Assembly: GCA_030390025.1 (NCBI GenBank)
Contig: CM059432.1
Location: forward strand, 13,764,001 to 13,828,000
DNA length: 64,000 nt
Direction of reading: 5' to 3'
DNA from: Squalus acanthias
Taxonomy: Eukaryota
A model generated the notes under the pieces. It was not told the DNA's origin. It made no database searches and saw nothing but the letters and a program-made list of their open reading frames with translations. Below, in pieces: positions 25,105-39,095 of this stretch. Within the stretch, counting starts at the first letter, position 1, and every line of letters begins with the position of its first letter. The position numbers were made by a program, and so were the translations under genes.

Positions 25105-25905
25105 AGTTTTGTTTATTATTTTCATTAATGATCTGGGGAAGGTATAGATAGTAGTCATTAAATTTGCAGATGATAAACTGTGCAGTACAGTTATGAACAT
25201 AAAAGAGGGAAATAGCAACTGGATCTGGAGAGCTTAGGGAAATAGGCCCCAAGACTGGCAAATGGCTTTAAATATAGATAAGTGCATGTTACGCACATAG
25301 GTGCGCAGAGTACACACAGTATCGCATTAGAGTGTGCACGAAAGCCAACAGTGAGCCAGAAAGACTTGGGAGTGAACACTGACCAGCCTCAAAATTCAAG
25401 TGCAATGTTGGGAGGCTGCATTACCCACCGCCCCCAAGCAAGCAGCTGTCCAGTAGAAAACTAGGGCCAAGATGAAAGGGTTATGCAAAGCATTAATGAG
25501 ACCTTACTTGGAGTACTTTGTACAATTTTAGTCACCCCACCCCCCCACCTCAAGAACATCATGGCTCTAAGGAGGGTACAATGAAGGGCAACAAGGATGA
25601 TCCCTAATCCAAGATCAATGAGCTATGAAGATAGAATTGATGCCTTCACTTTGGATTTGCTGGAGAAGAGTAGCCTTAGAAGGGATCTAATACAGGTATT
25701 TGAAGTTATTAAGAGCAGCAACAACTTGCAAGCAAACAGAGTGATTGAGTTGGTGGGGCTGGGTGATCTTGGGGCTACCCAAATAAACAGAGCAAGCAGG
25801 GAGTGAAGTTCATTGTTCCAAAGTTTTATTTTTCTTAAAAAGGGTGATCGAGCTGTGGAGAATTCCAGAGACGGTAGTGAGAACTGATTGCAGTCCTTCA
25901 AGAAG
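25105..25905 (+). mobile_element. CR1 LINE fragment, very old
   Basis: Remnants of IFINDL...KFADD, RPYLEYFVQF and SLRRDLIQVFEVIK. Confidence 0.7.
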
Positions 25906-28473
25906 GCATTAGTCGCATTTTTAAAAAAAGGATGGGACATATTATTCCAAAGACTAATTATTCCAAAAATACTGAATGAGTCTGGGGCCTCCTGGGGTTT
26001 GCTTGATCGCCTGTGAGGATCAAGAGAGGAAGTTTTGACAAAAGATTCCTGAATGGGATACAGATCGCTTGTTGGGGGGTAGGGATGGGAAGAGAAAAAA
26101 AGTCTGCAACAGGTAAGTACACGAGGAGGAGATCCAACAAAAAATGGGAGGGGGGGGGGGGGGGGGGGTGGTAATGTTAACGTATGGGCCAGATGGCCTG
26201 CTCTCAACCTACTTGGATAACATGCAACAAAGCGCATTCCAGAAATGCACAAAAAAAATTACACAGCTTAAAAAAAATTTGGTAAGAGGTGATGAGACAC
26301 ACTTCACTATAAGTTCCTAAATACTTATATCAAAAGGGACTTTCTCTGAACTTTGGAAATTTACTGTAGTGATATCACTTAAACCACTCAGGAATTTTTT
26401 TTGTTTTGTTTGTGTGCCAATGTACCAAAGAATCAGTAGGTACCAGTAAAAGGAAAAGGACTCCTTGTACACTTGGAGTAAGACACATTACAGCATAAAA
26501 CAAGAAGCACTACACCAGAAAGCAAAGTAGTTATGGTGCGGAGAGGAAACTCCAATTCCAAAGAGACCCCAAACCACAAAGCTGATAAGTGTAGGTTTAA
26601 AAGAATGCTGGCCATTAAAGCACTTAGCTGGGAAGAAGGAAAAGATAAGACTAGGTCATCCAGATTTATTTGGCATCCTTTTCACATAAATATTCTTAAA
26701 ATATATATGAAAATTATGTATAGTCTTTGTTGTCCATTTGCTTATAAAGAACTTAAGATAGTTTCATGTGCAGCGTTTTGTAGGTTTCTAAATTTGCTGC
26801 TTGTGCTGCACATAATTATTCTCTTTCCAGTTCACTAATTTTTATACTAGAGACATTTAAATGGTCCAATTTCTAATTAAAGTATTAATAAGGATTACAA
26901 TCAGCTTTTATTGCCAATTAAAATGACATTCTTCAGGTTTTATTTCTAGTTTTAAAAATGAGAGAAAGTCAATGAGGAAAAAATGGATTAAAAAACTGTA
27001 AATTTGGAGAAAATCAATTAAAAAAATTGTTTTTATTTTGAACATCGCTAAAACTCAAGAAAACAAGCAAAACATAAACGCCGAGGTAATCTGGGTCAAC
27101 TTTTGATTGATGACCTCAGTCTTCAGGGGACAACCAGTGTGGTAACTGCAACACAGCACTGCTGTCCTTGCTCCCACACCCAACTAGGAATGGAAAAAAT
27201 AACATTTACTGCATTATAAATATACAGCTGTATCTAAAAAAAAAAAATCCAGATTACACGGCCTTCACTTCATTTCCTGCTGAAAAATTCAGTATTGCAT
27301 CAGTGATGTCACCATATATGCTACAGCATGCAATATGTTGGTGTCACAAATGCGATAGGGACTGGATTTATATAAGATATCAAGGGTGAGTTGTTTCCCC
27401 CTCTTAAATTCAGAAAAAAAATGTATGAATCTGTTGGTAGAAATCGGTAAAAAAAATGATTTTAATGATTCCCAAGTATCAATGTAAGCAATGGGATTCT
27501 CCAAAATGGGGTGAATTGACAAAGGAGAGAATAATTATTTATTAATAGCTTCTCCACGTTCAGATGGCCTTTGCCTCGCAAAAATCAGATGCAAGAGATT
27601 TCAATTAAGAAATTTTGAAAACACAAGTGACAGTGAAATAATTAAAAAAAACACCTTTTGGGTGCACATTAGTCCAACAATGTTTTGGCAAGCTTTAACA
27701 TTGCTCTACAATACAGTATTATAAATCAGGAAATATTAGCACAAAGAATATTTCATGCTGCCCAAGACTGCCAGAATTTAAATACAAAATTAATTTAACC
27801 GAAAAAGTTTCTGGAAATAGCTAAATCTATGTGGCAGCAACATTTTCCCAATTTACAATCTATTATTGTGTAAAAGCAACAGGCACTTTTCCACATAAAA
27901 AAAGTCTGAGTGTTTGACAGGAGGAGGAGGTGGACACTGAGCAGCAAATTAAGTAATTTTAGGAAAAGGAGACCAAAGCAGAGAGAGAGGAAGCAAAACA
28001 AAATGCTTTTAGAAGAGAATTTGAGGGCATGAACATAGTGACTGAAAGAATGGCTTCAATGGATGAGCAGACAGGACATAGGAAACCAAGATCCAGGAAA
28101 GAGGAAGCCTAGAATCCAGTTAGAGGAAGAGAAGGCAGAGATGCTGTATATGGCTGGAGAAGTTTCCCCAAAATTGAGTTTGGAGAGGTTGTGGTGAGAC
28201 TTAAACATAATGCACAGGGAGCAAATGGAATTGGTAGAGGACAGAGTAATGAGTATGCGGGACTTTGTATATCAGAGTAATATAAGCCAGTTGAATTGAT
28301 GATGATGTATGTTGGAATCAACCAGATATATTTGAGCTTACTGAAAAAAAATTGCATTCACAGGCAAGACTGCACTCCTGATCTGAAACGTAACCGTATG
28401 CATATAGTGTCTGAGATACAGCATTGCACAATCATCCCTCTTACTGTAAACTTGCATTTGTATAATACACTAT

Positions 28474-29365
28474 GGGGTAAAAATTCAGTTGGTTGCGCCT
28501 CCCGTTAGCGCCTTAAGAGGGCGCTAATGGGGCGCAAAGCCGCTAACGCCCGGGCGCAGCGATGTTTGCGCCGCTCGGGAACTTAACTTGACATTGTGCG
28601 GCGGTGCTAAAACTTACCGCTGTGACCACCTGCGCGCGCAGATTGTGACGTCATTCCATGGTGCAACGCCCTTGTGGCGCCCCGGAGCGGAAATTGAGTG
28701 GCGCCCCCTGCCTTACCGCCTGGCGCTTCCAACGACCAGAAGACTGGAACGCTATCAATCGCTGTGGGGCTGGGGGGGCGCTATTTAAAGGGGGCCTCTT
28801 CCTGTCTTTTATTGTTGGTGGCATTTTTGAACTACGCATTCTGAGAGAGAGAGGGAGAGACTTCTGGAGAGATTCAACGTTGTGTGAAGGAGTTTTGGGT
28901 ACTGAGCAGCACTTTGCAGGTTCATTTTGATTTGCCATTCCTTGTATCGATTTAGCAGAGACTGTGGGAGCTGCACTCTGAGCTCTTTGCCTGGTACTCT
29001 CCATTGTTCTTTCCAGCACATTTGATGTGCAAGTCTCTCCAGGCCGAGATTCAAGGCTGCAATGAACAGGATGTGGATGGAAAGCAAGATTAACCATCCC
29101 CTTTAAGAACTGGCCCGTGCCATTGTGTGTGTGTTCCATTGCTGACTGACATTACATGAGCTTCGCCAGCGCTCTGAGTTAGCGCCTCACTGCTCGGTCT
29201 TTGCGCCTTAAGACAGGTGTGCAGCGCCTGCTTTAGCGCTCCACTCACCTCCCGGGGCGGTAAAAGTGAAGTTTCCAGTCAGTGCCGATAATTAGCGCCA
29301 GGCGCTAATATTTTCGTCCAGACGATATTTGCGCCCCAAATGGGGCGCGACCTAATTTCTACCCC
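28474..29365. mobile_element. Non-autonomous TIR DNA transposon (PIF/Harbinger-like MITE), 892 bp
   Basis: Termini GGGGTAAAAATT.../...AATTTCTACCCC; 3-bp TSD TAT (28471-28473, 29366-29368); subterminal regions rich in GGCGC/GCGCC motifs; CpG retained; no transposase ORF. Confidence 0.8.
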
Positions 29366-29548
29366 TATATCTCATGCCACTTCAGAAAACACATCAAATC
29401 CTTCAGAACAGACTAAACTATTAAACAGAATTATTCACAAATATAGTCGACACATCAAGCAGCACTGGCAGTCCGATACATCATAGAAGATTGGAAACAT
29501 TTCACAAAGAGTTAAACAAACTAGTCTACCCACAGAACTTGAGATGAT

Positions 29549-30267
29549 GGCCCAGAAATTAAAGACTGAGTGTTGACGCGGGGGTAAGGCTTCCCCGCGA
29601 TATCTCACTCCGCACCTTCCTTTTTCCTCCGGGCCCACACGAACTTTAGTTTCAAGGCTGCAGCTGTGCAGTGCTTGCGTGACCCAGAGACGGAGTTAGT
29701 TCGTGCGAGCTCTGGGATCACGTGATTCAGTTAGAGCCAATGGCAGCACACCATCTTTCATTCATAGTTTTGACAGGAACACCTGTCAAAGCTATGAATA
29801 ATATACCCCCCCAAAAGAACAGCTAAACCTCAATTAAATTTAAAAAAAAGCCATCACATTAATAAAATAAGTATAGTTAAATAAATTAACCACTTTAAAC
29901 AAAAAATTAAATTTTTGAAAAAATTTAAAATCTTTTTAAAAGTTATAAAAATAAACTTACCTTTCTTTAAAGTCTCTAAAAAAGATAAACCTGTTGAAAA
30001 AAATTTAAAATACTTAATTAACTACTTACCTTGTTAAAAGAGGGTCTTACGCCTCCTTTCTTTGTGTAAAATCTTCCATGCTTACCTGCGCGTTCAAAGC
30101 ACTAAGTGCACTGCGTGCACGCAGCCTGTAGCGCGCACGCGGTTCACCTAGGAACCGCCCCCTTTTGAATTCATGAAGTGCCGGTTTCCCGCGCAGTGCA
30201 TGCTGGAGACCTAAAACGCGAGAGTACACAGTGCGTACTCTCACGTATTAGGTCTAATTTTCGGGCC
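29549..30267. mobile_element. Non-autonomous TIR DNA transposon (PIF/Harbinger-like MITE), ~720 bp
   Basis: Termini GGCCCAGAAATTAAAGAC.../...GTCTAATTTTCGGGCC; GC/CpG-rich ends, AT-rich middle, internal hairpin at 29760-29799; TSD not clean. Confidence 0.65.
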
Positions 30268-30439
30268 GTTGTACTCCTCTGAAAGAAATAAACAATCTTG
30301 TTCCTCAGCAAAGAACAAACCATAACAAACCTGCACTACACTACAGAATACACATATGGCAGCCAAAGTTTTTTAAGTTCTATATAAATATAGATTTGAT
30401 AAAAATCCAGTGCAGCAATAATCTTCCCACTGCTGCAAT

Positions 30440-30600
30440 CTGGATTGCCTGGAGGATTGGATGCAGTGTGTAACCCATAGTATTCTATCACTTCTGGAAC
30501 CTGGATCTGAACTGAGCTTAAAGTAACAGATCAAAATTCTCTTTTCTGTAACGGCTGTAAAGACCCTGCATAGAATGAGCTTGTGTTACATTTTTGGGTT
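30440..30600 (+). mobile_element. LF-SINE-related 5' fragment, very decayed
   Basis: TCACTTCTGGAACCTGGATCTGAAC...ACGGCTGTAAAGACCCTGCATAGAATGAGCTTG weakly resembles the LF-SINE head and the 10300-10642 copy. Confidence 0.3.
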
Positions 30601-31849
30601 TTATACATATTTCTCATACTTAGTGGCAAGGAATATTGCCATAAACAGAGTCCTCACTTACTATGAACTGAAGTGTGACCTAATACGCACAATATCTTGT
30701 ACAATAGCACTGCCCAGCAGCCGAACAGAAACCCTTGCAAGCCTATGACAAGCCTTCACGCAACCTCCTAGACTTTGGAAAGTGGTACAATAAACATTAA
30801 GTATAAACTACAGAACAAATTTACTAAAAGTCACAGATAACCAGTAGTATGGAGAATGAAACAGATTGCAGTAGCTTACAGAACTTTACCTACACCTTCT
30901 CAAAACAAAGAGAGCAAACTACGAAACCCTTCGCTAATTAGGAATACTAGAGATGAAATCACTTTTTGTAACATAACTTTCCATGGGTCTAACAAAATCC
31001 CATGTGTGTCATCTGCACCTAAAATTGTCAATCAGACACAGAATTAGCAACACAGGAAATGTCTTCAGCTTTTATCTGCAGATTTCACCGAATAGATACC
31101 AATCCATTTGTCACTGTGCTGCAGACCTTTGACTTGATGGACCACTTGGAGAACAAAGCGAACAGTTAACCGACAAGTTTCTGGTAAAATAAATTTTATT
31201 CTAGCCATATCATCTCTGGGAGCTGATGAGCTGACATACGAAATGCAGTTTCCGAATTGGATTATTTCTTTAAGTGAATCAGATTTTCACCCCCAAAAAT
31301 ACCTAAATAAAAACATTAAGAAAAACATGGATAAAATACTCCTTTTGTTACAGTCAACACGATTCCTAGTCGTTAATGAGTCCACAGCACAAAACTGAAA
31401 CTTTTGCACAGACAGGACCACAAAGTAAGTAGAAGTGCAAAAGTTGGAGCTCTCCTGTGGTGCAGAGTTAAAGCACAATGCTGGGGCACAGCTGAGTCAA
31501 CTTCACTTCACATCTGACTAATGCTATGCCAGTGGTTAATGTTGGCTCCCATAGTGGAAGAGTATTCCATTCCGTCACCTCAACAAGCACAAAAATTCCG
31601 AACAAAAATATGCCAAGCATTCCCATTCAACTGCTTTCTGACCCTTCACTTTCGACTGCCACGGGACAGTGACACGTCATGCCCATTGGTCCAGCTAATC
31701 TAGAGACAACACCCAACTGAGTTATGGCTCCAAAACAGCAGAAGCTTTTTTTTCCCCAAAAGAAAGAATTTTCCAAGAGCTGATGGTACAATATACCTTC
31801 ATAAAAAAAGACACTCCTTCTAAAGAGGAAGACTGAAGAAACATTGTGA

Positions 31850-32265
31850 TTATAGAATAATACAGCACAGAAATAGGCCATTTGGCCCATCATACCTGCT
31901 CTTTGAAAGAGCTATCCAATTAGCCCACTCCCCTGCTCTGCCTCATAGCCCTGCAAATATTTCCTTTTCAAGTGTTTATCCAAATTCTTTTTGAAAGTTA
32001 TTATTCAATCAGCTTCCACCACCCTTTCAGGCAGTCCATTCCAGATCATAACTCGTTGTGGAAACATTTTTTCCTTCATATTGTCTCTGGTTCTTTTGCC
32101 AATTACATTAAATCGGTGTCCTCTGGTTACCGACCCTTCTGCCACTGGAAACAGTTTCTCCTTATTTACTCTATCAAATCCCTTCATGATTTTGAACACC
32201 TCTATCAAATTTCCCCTTAACCTTCTCTGCTCGAAGGAGAACAACCCCAGTTTTTCTAGTCTGCT
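31850..32265 (-). mobile_element. CR1 3' end fragment
   Basis: FSFEQRRLRGNLIEVFKIMKGFDRV...TRGHRF...WNGLPERVVEAD. Confidence 0.9.
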
Positions 32266-32409
32266 GGAGAATTATTTTTGAAGGGTCAATGATGTACAAC
32301 TTTAACTCCTCTGGCATTATGAAAAACACTGGTCTTGAGTAAACTGTTGTAACTTGACTTTGCAAGTGTAGTCAATGGAACACATCCAGAGATTAAAAGT
32401 GAATATGTT

Positions 32410-32830
32410 GTCAGCTGTGGCTCAGTGGCAGCACTCTTGTCTCTGAGTCAGAAGGTTCTGGGTTCAAGTCCCACTCCAGGGACTTGAGCACAAAAATCTA
32501 GGCTGACACTCCAGTGCGGTACTGACTTTCGGATGAGACGTTAAACCAAGGCCATCTACCCTCTCAGGTGGACGTAAAAGATCCCATGGCACTATTTCGA
32601 AGAGGAGCAGGGGTGTCCACCCTCAGTGTCCTGCCAATATATATCCCTCTACCACCATCACAAACAGATTATCTTGTCAATACTACACTGCTGTACGTGG
32701 GACCTTGCTGTGCACAAATTGGCTACCGCGTTTCCTACGTTACAACAGTCAAAAGTACTTAATTGGCTGTAAAGTGCTTTGGAATGTCCTAGGTCATGAA
32801 TGGCACTATATAAATGCAAATCTTTCTTTC
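32410..32830 (+). mobile_element. Deu-domain tRNA SINE (SacSINE1-like), near full length
   Basis: A box TGGCTCAGTGG, B box GGTTCAAGTCC, Deu core GGATGAGACGTTAAACC...AAAGATCCCATGGCACT, L2-like tail ending TATAAATGCAA(TCTT)n. Confidence 0.88.
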
Positions 32831-33529
32831 TATTTGTACCATCACTAACCTACATGCAAAACTTTATGTACAAGGTAAATTTCCAAAACTTATGACAAGT
32901 TGACTTATTTTGCAGTTTTTCATTAAAGTAGTGTACTGTTTTGCAACTAGTAATACTATATGGCCATGAAACCATCACCCCGAAGGCAGGCTGCATCCCT
33001 GGCTGGATATCCACCCACCCAGCCGCCCACATGACCCAAAACCAGCTTACAGCAATGCTATTGATGGTGTCACCAACTTCTCCAGCAGTGTTGTAAATAG
33101 GTGATTTTCCCTATCATCTTTGAAGACAACAGTGCTGCTAGTAGCAAAAGTAGAGGCTGCTATTGTTGCTGGCTGCCATTTTTTCTGTCTGAGCAATGCA
33201 GTTTCCTGATCATTAAGCCTGTATGGATCTTTCTCAGCAACTGGGAAGAAATGGCTTCCAGAAATAAAGTAGCAAATAACAATTTTAAAACAAATGCACG
33301 TACACAAGTTGTACATGCAGGACGATCTGTTGCTCCAATGCTATGGAAACTGCCCTGCAACGTAAACAGGAAGGATTCCATTTAATTGGGAAACCCAGGC
33401 ATTGCACAAGTGCTTCTTGAAGTGGTTCTGTACTATAAAAGAAGATAAAATTGATGGTGTAGAAGCAGAAAACATATGTTTAAAGTTCATAAGAAGTGAG
33501 AGTTGTAAGAAATTTCTCTTACTCCCCCT

Positions 33530-35980
33530 CCAGTAGTGGACAGACAGACGTCACTGCAAACGCCGACATGAATCCCACATGATGTGTTGCCTTCCCGGTC
33601 GGTGCCAGGGTAAATTATATCACGGAGAGGGTGCAGAAACAGCTGGAAGTCATGGTCCACATAGGAAGGAAAAGGGTTGAGGTCCTGCAGTCAGAGTTTC
33701 TGGAATTAGGGAGGAAGTTAAAAAGCAGGACCTCAAAAAGGTAGTAATCTCTGGATTGTACTCTCAGTGCCATGCGCTAATGAGTATAGGAACAGTAAGA
33801 TAATACAGGCCAATGCATGGCTGGAGAGATGGCGCAGGAGGGATGGCTTCAGATTCCTGGGGAATTGGGACTAGTTCCGGGACAGGAGGGACCTGTACAA
33901 GATGGCCGGGTTGCACCTCAACAGGGCTGGGACCAATGTTCTCGCGGGGAGGTTAAATAGTGCTGTGGGGGAGGGTATTAACTAATTTGGCAGGGGGAGG
34001 TGCACCAGGGTGAAGCATGAGAGAGGAGAAACAAGGTGCACAGAAAACGAGGTGAGACAAAGAGCATTTGAGTAAAAAATAGTTCAGAAATAGGAGAGAT
34101 CAGACGGGATAAATGCGAGGTAGTCTAAAATGGGTTTGATGTGCATATGCGTAAGTGCACGCAATGTGGTAAATTAGGTTGGTGAGCTACAGGCACAAGT
34201 CGCCACATGGGACTATGATATGGTGGCAATAACAGAGACCTGGCTCAAAGAAGGGGAGGATTGGGAACTTTATATATTCCTTGCTACAAGGTATTCAGGA
34301 AAGATAGGGAAGGAAAAAAGAGGGGTGGTGACAGTATTGATCAAAGAGACAATTACAGTACCGGAAAGGGATAATTTAGTTGAGGGGTTAAAGACAGAAT
34401 CTATTTGGTTAGAAATAAGGAACAATCGAGGAGCTATTAAGCTACTGGCTGTATACTATAGGCCAAAGTGCAAGAATGAGGAGGAGGAAATTTGCAGGCA
34501 AATTTAAGAAAGTTGCAAGAACTATAGTGTAGTGATAATGGGAGACTTTATTTTTTATTATTCGTTCCAAGGATATGGGCGTCGCTGGCAAGGCCAACAT
34601 TTATTGCCCATCCCTAATTGCACTCGAGAAGGTCCATGTGGTGAAGGTAGTATAATTATCCTAATATAGACTGGGATAGTAAGTGTAAAGTGCAAAGAGA
34701 GGGAGGAATTCCTGAAATATGTACAATAGAACTTTCTTGATCAGTATGTTTCCAGCCCAACAAGGAAGGAAGCAGTTCTGGATCTAGTTCTGTGGAATGT
34801 AGTGGGGCAAGTGGAGCATGTTTCAATGGGGGAGCATTTGGGGAACAGTGATCAAAGTATCAGGTTTAGAGTAGTTATGGAAAAGGACAAAGAACATTCA
34901 GGCATGAAAATAATTAACTGGAGGAGGGCTAACTTCAATGAGTTGAAAAGGGATCTGGCCCAGGTGAATTGGAGTTAAAGATTGGCAGGCAAAACAGTAA
35001 TTGAGCAATGGGAGGCCATCAAAGAGGAGATAGTTCAGGTACAGACTAGACACATTCCCATGAGGGGGCAAAGGAAGGGCATCCAAAGCTAGAGCTTCCT
35101 GGATGACTAAAAAGAGATATTAAAATAATACAGAAAAAAAGAGAGGCTCATGACAAATGTCACATTCATAATACAGTAGTGAATCAAGCAGAATACAGAA
35201 CATGCAGAGGAGAGCTGAAAAAGGAGAGGGGCTAAGAAAAGATTAGTGGGTAACATAAAAGGTAACACTAAAGTCTTTTATAAACATATAAAGAACAAAA
35301 GGGTAGTCAAATTTGCAGATGACATCAAACTTGGAAATTCAGTTATCAGTGAGGAGGACAGCAGCAGACCTCAGGAGGACATAGACAAGACTGGTGAAAT
35401 GGGCAGACATATGGCAAATGAAATTTAATGCAGAGTAATGTGAACTGAAGGAAGAATGAGGAGAGGCAATATAAAATAAATGGCACAATTTTAAAGGGGG
35501 TGCAGGAACAGAGACACCTGGGGGGGGGGGGGGTTCACATACACAAATCTGTCACAGTACCAGGACAAGTCAATAAGGCTGTTAATAAAGCATACGGGAT
35601 CCTGGGCTTTATAAATAGAGGCACAGAGTACAAAAGCATGGAAGTTATGCTAAAGTGCATAGGGAGAAACTGTTTCTACTGGCAGGAGGGTTGGTAACCA
35701 GAGTAGAGAGATTTAAGATAAATGGTAAAAGAACCAGGTGTAGATGAGAATTCTTTTGACACACTGAGTTATGATGATCTGGAATGCATTGCCTGAAAAG
35801 GTGGTGGAAGCAGATTCAATAGTAACTTGCAAAGGGAATTGGATATATACTTGAAAAGGAAAAATTTGCAGGGCTGCGGCAAAGAGTAGGGGAGTGGGAC
35901 TAAATGGATAGCTCTTTCCAAGAGCCAGTACATGCACGATGGGCCGAATGGCTTCCTTCTGTGCTGTAAGATTCTATGAT
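33530..35980 (+). mobile_element. CR1 LINE with ORF1 SGNH-esterase remnant, endonuclease and internally deleted RT
   Basis: ORF1 remnants CCLPG, VMVHIG, NAWLERW, GLHLNRAG; ORF2 VAITETWL...YYRP; jumps to KFADDIKL at ~35310; a tail of the second LINE family is inserted at ~34550-34650. Confidence 0.88.
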
Positions 35981-36489
35981 TGTAAGGCAGCTGTTCACAA
36001 CTAGCTTCCTTGCAACAAACAGCATTATTCAATGTAGGAAATGTCCCATTTCTTCCTTTGTTTTTCCCTCCCACATTTTATTAGACATAACTCAAGCTCT
36101 TAGCAACATTACTTTGGAAGAACTCTCAAGCATGTAGGCACAAAATATTTATTTAATTACTTCAATAAATACTTTAACTTTGCAGTTTTTACAGGAGAAT
36201 GCCCATGTGGAGAGTTGCCACACTTTTCAACCTTGCATTATAAGCACTGATGAGATGGGACTTAAAATGAACAAAAATTTTCCATTTTTATGTTCTTAAT
36301 AGATAGTTTACACAAAGACACCTTTGATCCTTATTAAAAGGCAAAGGATAATAGTACTTTCACCCACTTCATTTCAGTAAACCTCATTACACAAGACCAT
36401 TCGAAAGCTGCATGAAATACATGTGGGGAAGGGAAAAAGAGAAGGAAGAGATAGAAGTAAAAGAATAAGTTATTTGGATTAAATAGATT

Positions 36490-36675
36490 CTTAAATGCTA
36501 GAAAATAAACATTAACAAACTGTTAGAAACATACAGCAGGTCTTCAGCATTTGTAAAGAGGAAAAAAGACAGAACCTTTATCAGCATCTTCAACATCCAA
36601 AATGTTAAACTATATTTTTCTCTTTACTATCTGTTTTCTGATCCCCGTATGTCCAGCATTTTGTATTTTTATTTA
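36490..36675. mobile_element. Very decayed inverted PLE pLTR remnant
   Basis: AAATGCTAGAAAAT...TGTTAGAAACATACAGCAGGTC...CAGCAT and, inverted, GTCCAGCATTTTGTATTTTTATT; same layout as 61879-62044. Confidence 0.45.
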
Positions 36676-37512
36676 TATTACTAACAAATCTATGGGGCTG
36701 GTCATGCTTAAGCCGAATAAAACATTTTTGATAAGAGTCATGTTGTACAATCTAATGCAGAATATATTATCTACAGCTATGGTGATAAGGCCACAGTCTA
36801 TGTGCTCGAGGCTGAAGGTCACAACCCTGGCTTTTCATCTCCGACATTATACTCTAGCCCCTGCATCAAATGACTTGCCTTTTTTTTGAAGCATGACAGA
36901 AATTTGCATATGATGGAGAAATGCATGGAAAGGAAATGTATGCAAGATGTACCGTTTCATAATATTAATAGACAACTGGATCTTCTGCGTCATTGCTTAT
37001 GTGACACTGGATAAGAGACTGTTCTGTAAGAAGCATATTATATAATTTAGTGCGCAATTTATTAGTCTGCTGCTAAGGTGAATATATGTTTCTTTAATGA
37101 CACAAAGTTTAATTACTGTTAAGTAAACACAGGGTGATGTCAGAGTTTAATTGGTTTTTGGATTGCAGCTCACACAACCCTGGCTTGCTTTCTTTATATA
37201 AAAAAGTGTATAAAGTCACAGAGGTTACAGACATTGTGACTCCTGCATAAACTGACTACCTTTGTTTCTTTATACCTTTATTGAAATGTGATATAGAAAT
37301 TGAGTCTGACACTTGGCATAATGGAAAAATGAGAGAAAACTGGTACTAGACGTGTCATTTTTATATTAGTGAAGCAGCCACAAACACACACAACAGAAAC
37401 TATGTCCATTATTCCTTTCTCGTCATTGCAGCCAAAGTCAAGATTGTGAAGCCCACTAGGTTACAAAAGAGACATATTTTAAACACTAAGAGATATAGAG
37501 TTACATAAGAGA

Positions 37513-39095
37513 ACAACAACTTGTATTTATATAGCGCCTTTAATATAGTAAAACATCCCAAGGCGCTTCACAGGAGAATTATAAGACAAAAAATGTGACA
37601 TAGAGCCACATAAGGAGAAATTAGGGCAGATGACCAAAAGCTTGGTCAAAGAGGTAGGTTTTAAAGGAGCGTCTTAAAGGAGGAAAGAGGCGGAGAGGTT
37701 TAGGCAGGGAATTCCAGAGCTTAGGACCTAGGCAACAAAAGGCATGGCCACCAAAGGTTGAGCGATTATAATCAGCGATGCTCAAGAGGGCAGAATTGGA
37801 GGAGCGCAGATATCTCCGGGGGGGGGGGGTTGTGGGGCTGGAGGAGATTACAGAGATAGGGAGGGGCGAGGCCATGGAGGGATTTGAAAACAAGGATGAG
37901 AATTTTAAAATCAAGGCGTTGCTTAACCGGGAGTCAATGTAGGGGTGATGGGTGAATGGAACTTGGAGAGTTAGGACACGGGCAGCCGGGTTTTGGATGA
38001 CCTCAAGTTTACATAGGGTAGAACGTGGGAGGCCAGCCAGGAGTGCATTGGAATGGTCAAGTCTGGATGAGGGTTTCAGCAGCGGATGAGTGGAGGCAAG
38101 GGCAGAGATGGGTGATATTACGGAGGCGGAAATAGGCGGTCTTAATTATGACCTGGATGTGTGGTCGGAAGCTCATTTCAAGGTCAAATAGGACATCAAG
38201 GTTGCGAACAGTGTGGTTCAGCCTCAGACAGATGTTAGGGAAAGGGATGGAGTCAGTGGCGAGGACCGAAAACAATGGTCTTCCCAATATTTAATTGGAG
38301 AAAATTTCTGCTCATCCAGAACTGGATGCCGGACAAGCAGTCTGACAATTTTAGAGACCGTGGAGGGGTTGAGAGAAGTGGTGGTGAGGTAGAGCTGGGT
38401 GTCGTCAGCGTGCATGTGGAAACTGGCGCTGTGTTTTTAGATGATGTCGCCAAGGGGCAGCATGCAGATGAGAAATAGGAGAGGGCCAAGGATAGATCCT
38501 TGGGGACACTAGAGGTAACGATGGGGGAGCCGGAAGAGAAGCCATTGCAGGTGATTCTCTGGCTACGATTAGATAGTTAAGAATGGAACCAGGCGAGTGC
38601 AGTCCCACCCAGCTGGACGATGATGGAGAGGTCAACCGTGTCAAAGGCTGCAGACAAGTCAAGAAGGATGAGAAGGGATAGTTTACCTTTGTCACAGTCA
38701 CAAAGGATGTCATTTGTGACTTTGATGAGAGCCGTCTTGGTTATGTGGCGGGGCGGAAACCGGATTGGAGGGATTCAAACATGGAGTTGCTGGAAAGATG
38801 GGCACAGATTTGGGAGGCGACAACACGTTCAAGGACTTTGAAGAGAAAAGGGAGGTTGGAAATGGGCGGTAGTTTGCAAGGACGGAGGGGTCAAAAGGGT
38901 TGTTTTTTGAGAGGGGTGATGACGGCAGATTTGAGGGAGAGGGGGACAATGTCAGCTAACATGGGAGCCAAAAAAGGAAGTTGGGTGGTCAGCAGTTTGG
39001 TGGGAATAGGGTCGAGGGAGCAGGAGGTGGGTCTCGTGGACAAGATGAGCGCGGAGAGGTCATGAGGGGAGATCGGAGAGAAACTGGAGAAACAG
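37513..39095 (-). mobile_element. L2 LINE 3' half (decayed RT)
   Basis: TSCSLDPIPTKLL, VLANYRP, HADDTQLYL, WMSRNFLQLNIGKT, GPKLWNSLP, KTYLFDQAF; L2 tail. Confidence 0.92.

Noticed and set aside
26147-26168. Poly-G runs (also ~20234, ~35520, ~51359, ~62856) as functional G-quadruplexes; poly-Pro in ORF 25623..26252
   Set aside because: Simple homopolymers, error-prone in assembly, with no supporting context.
28474-30267. CpG island or gene promoter
   Set aside because: The CpG-rich sequence coincides with TIR-bounded elements.
32410-32480. tRNA-gene-like A/B boxes (also ~43000-43066, ~2830-2885, ~45200-45275)
   Set aside because: They lack a complete cloverleaf and continue into SINE or LINE bodies, so they are retroposon heads, not tRNA genes.
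33051-33354. Possible minus-strand exon pair (AVSIALEQQ..; AEKDPYRLNDQ..)
   Set aside because: Phases are incompatible with each other and with neighbouring candidates; no family match.
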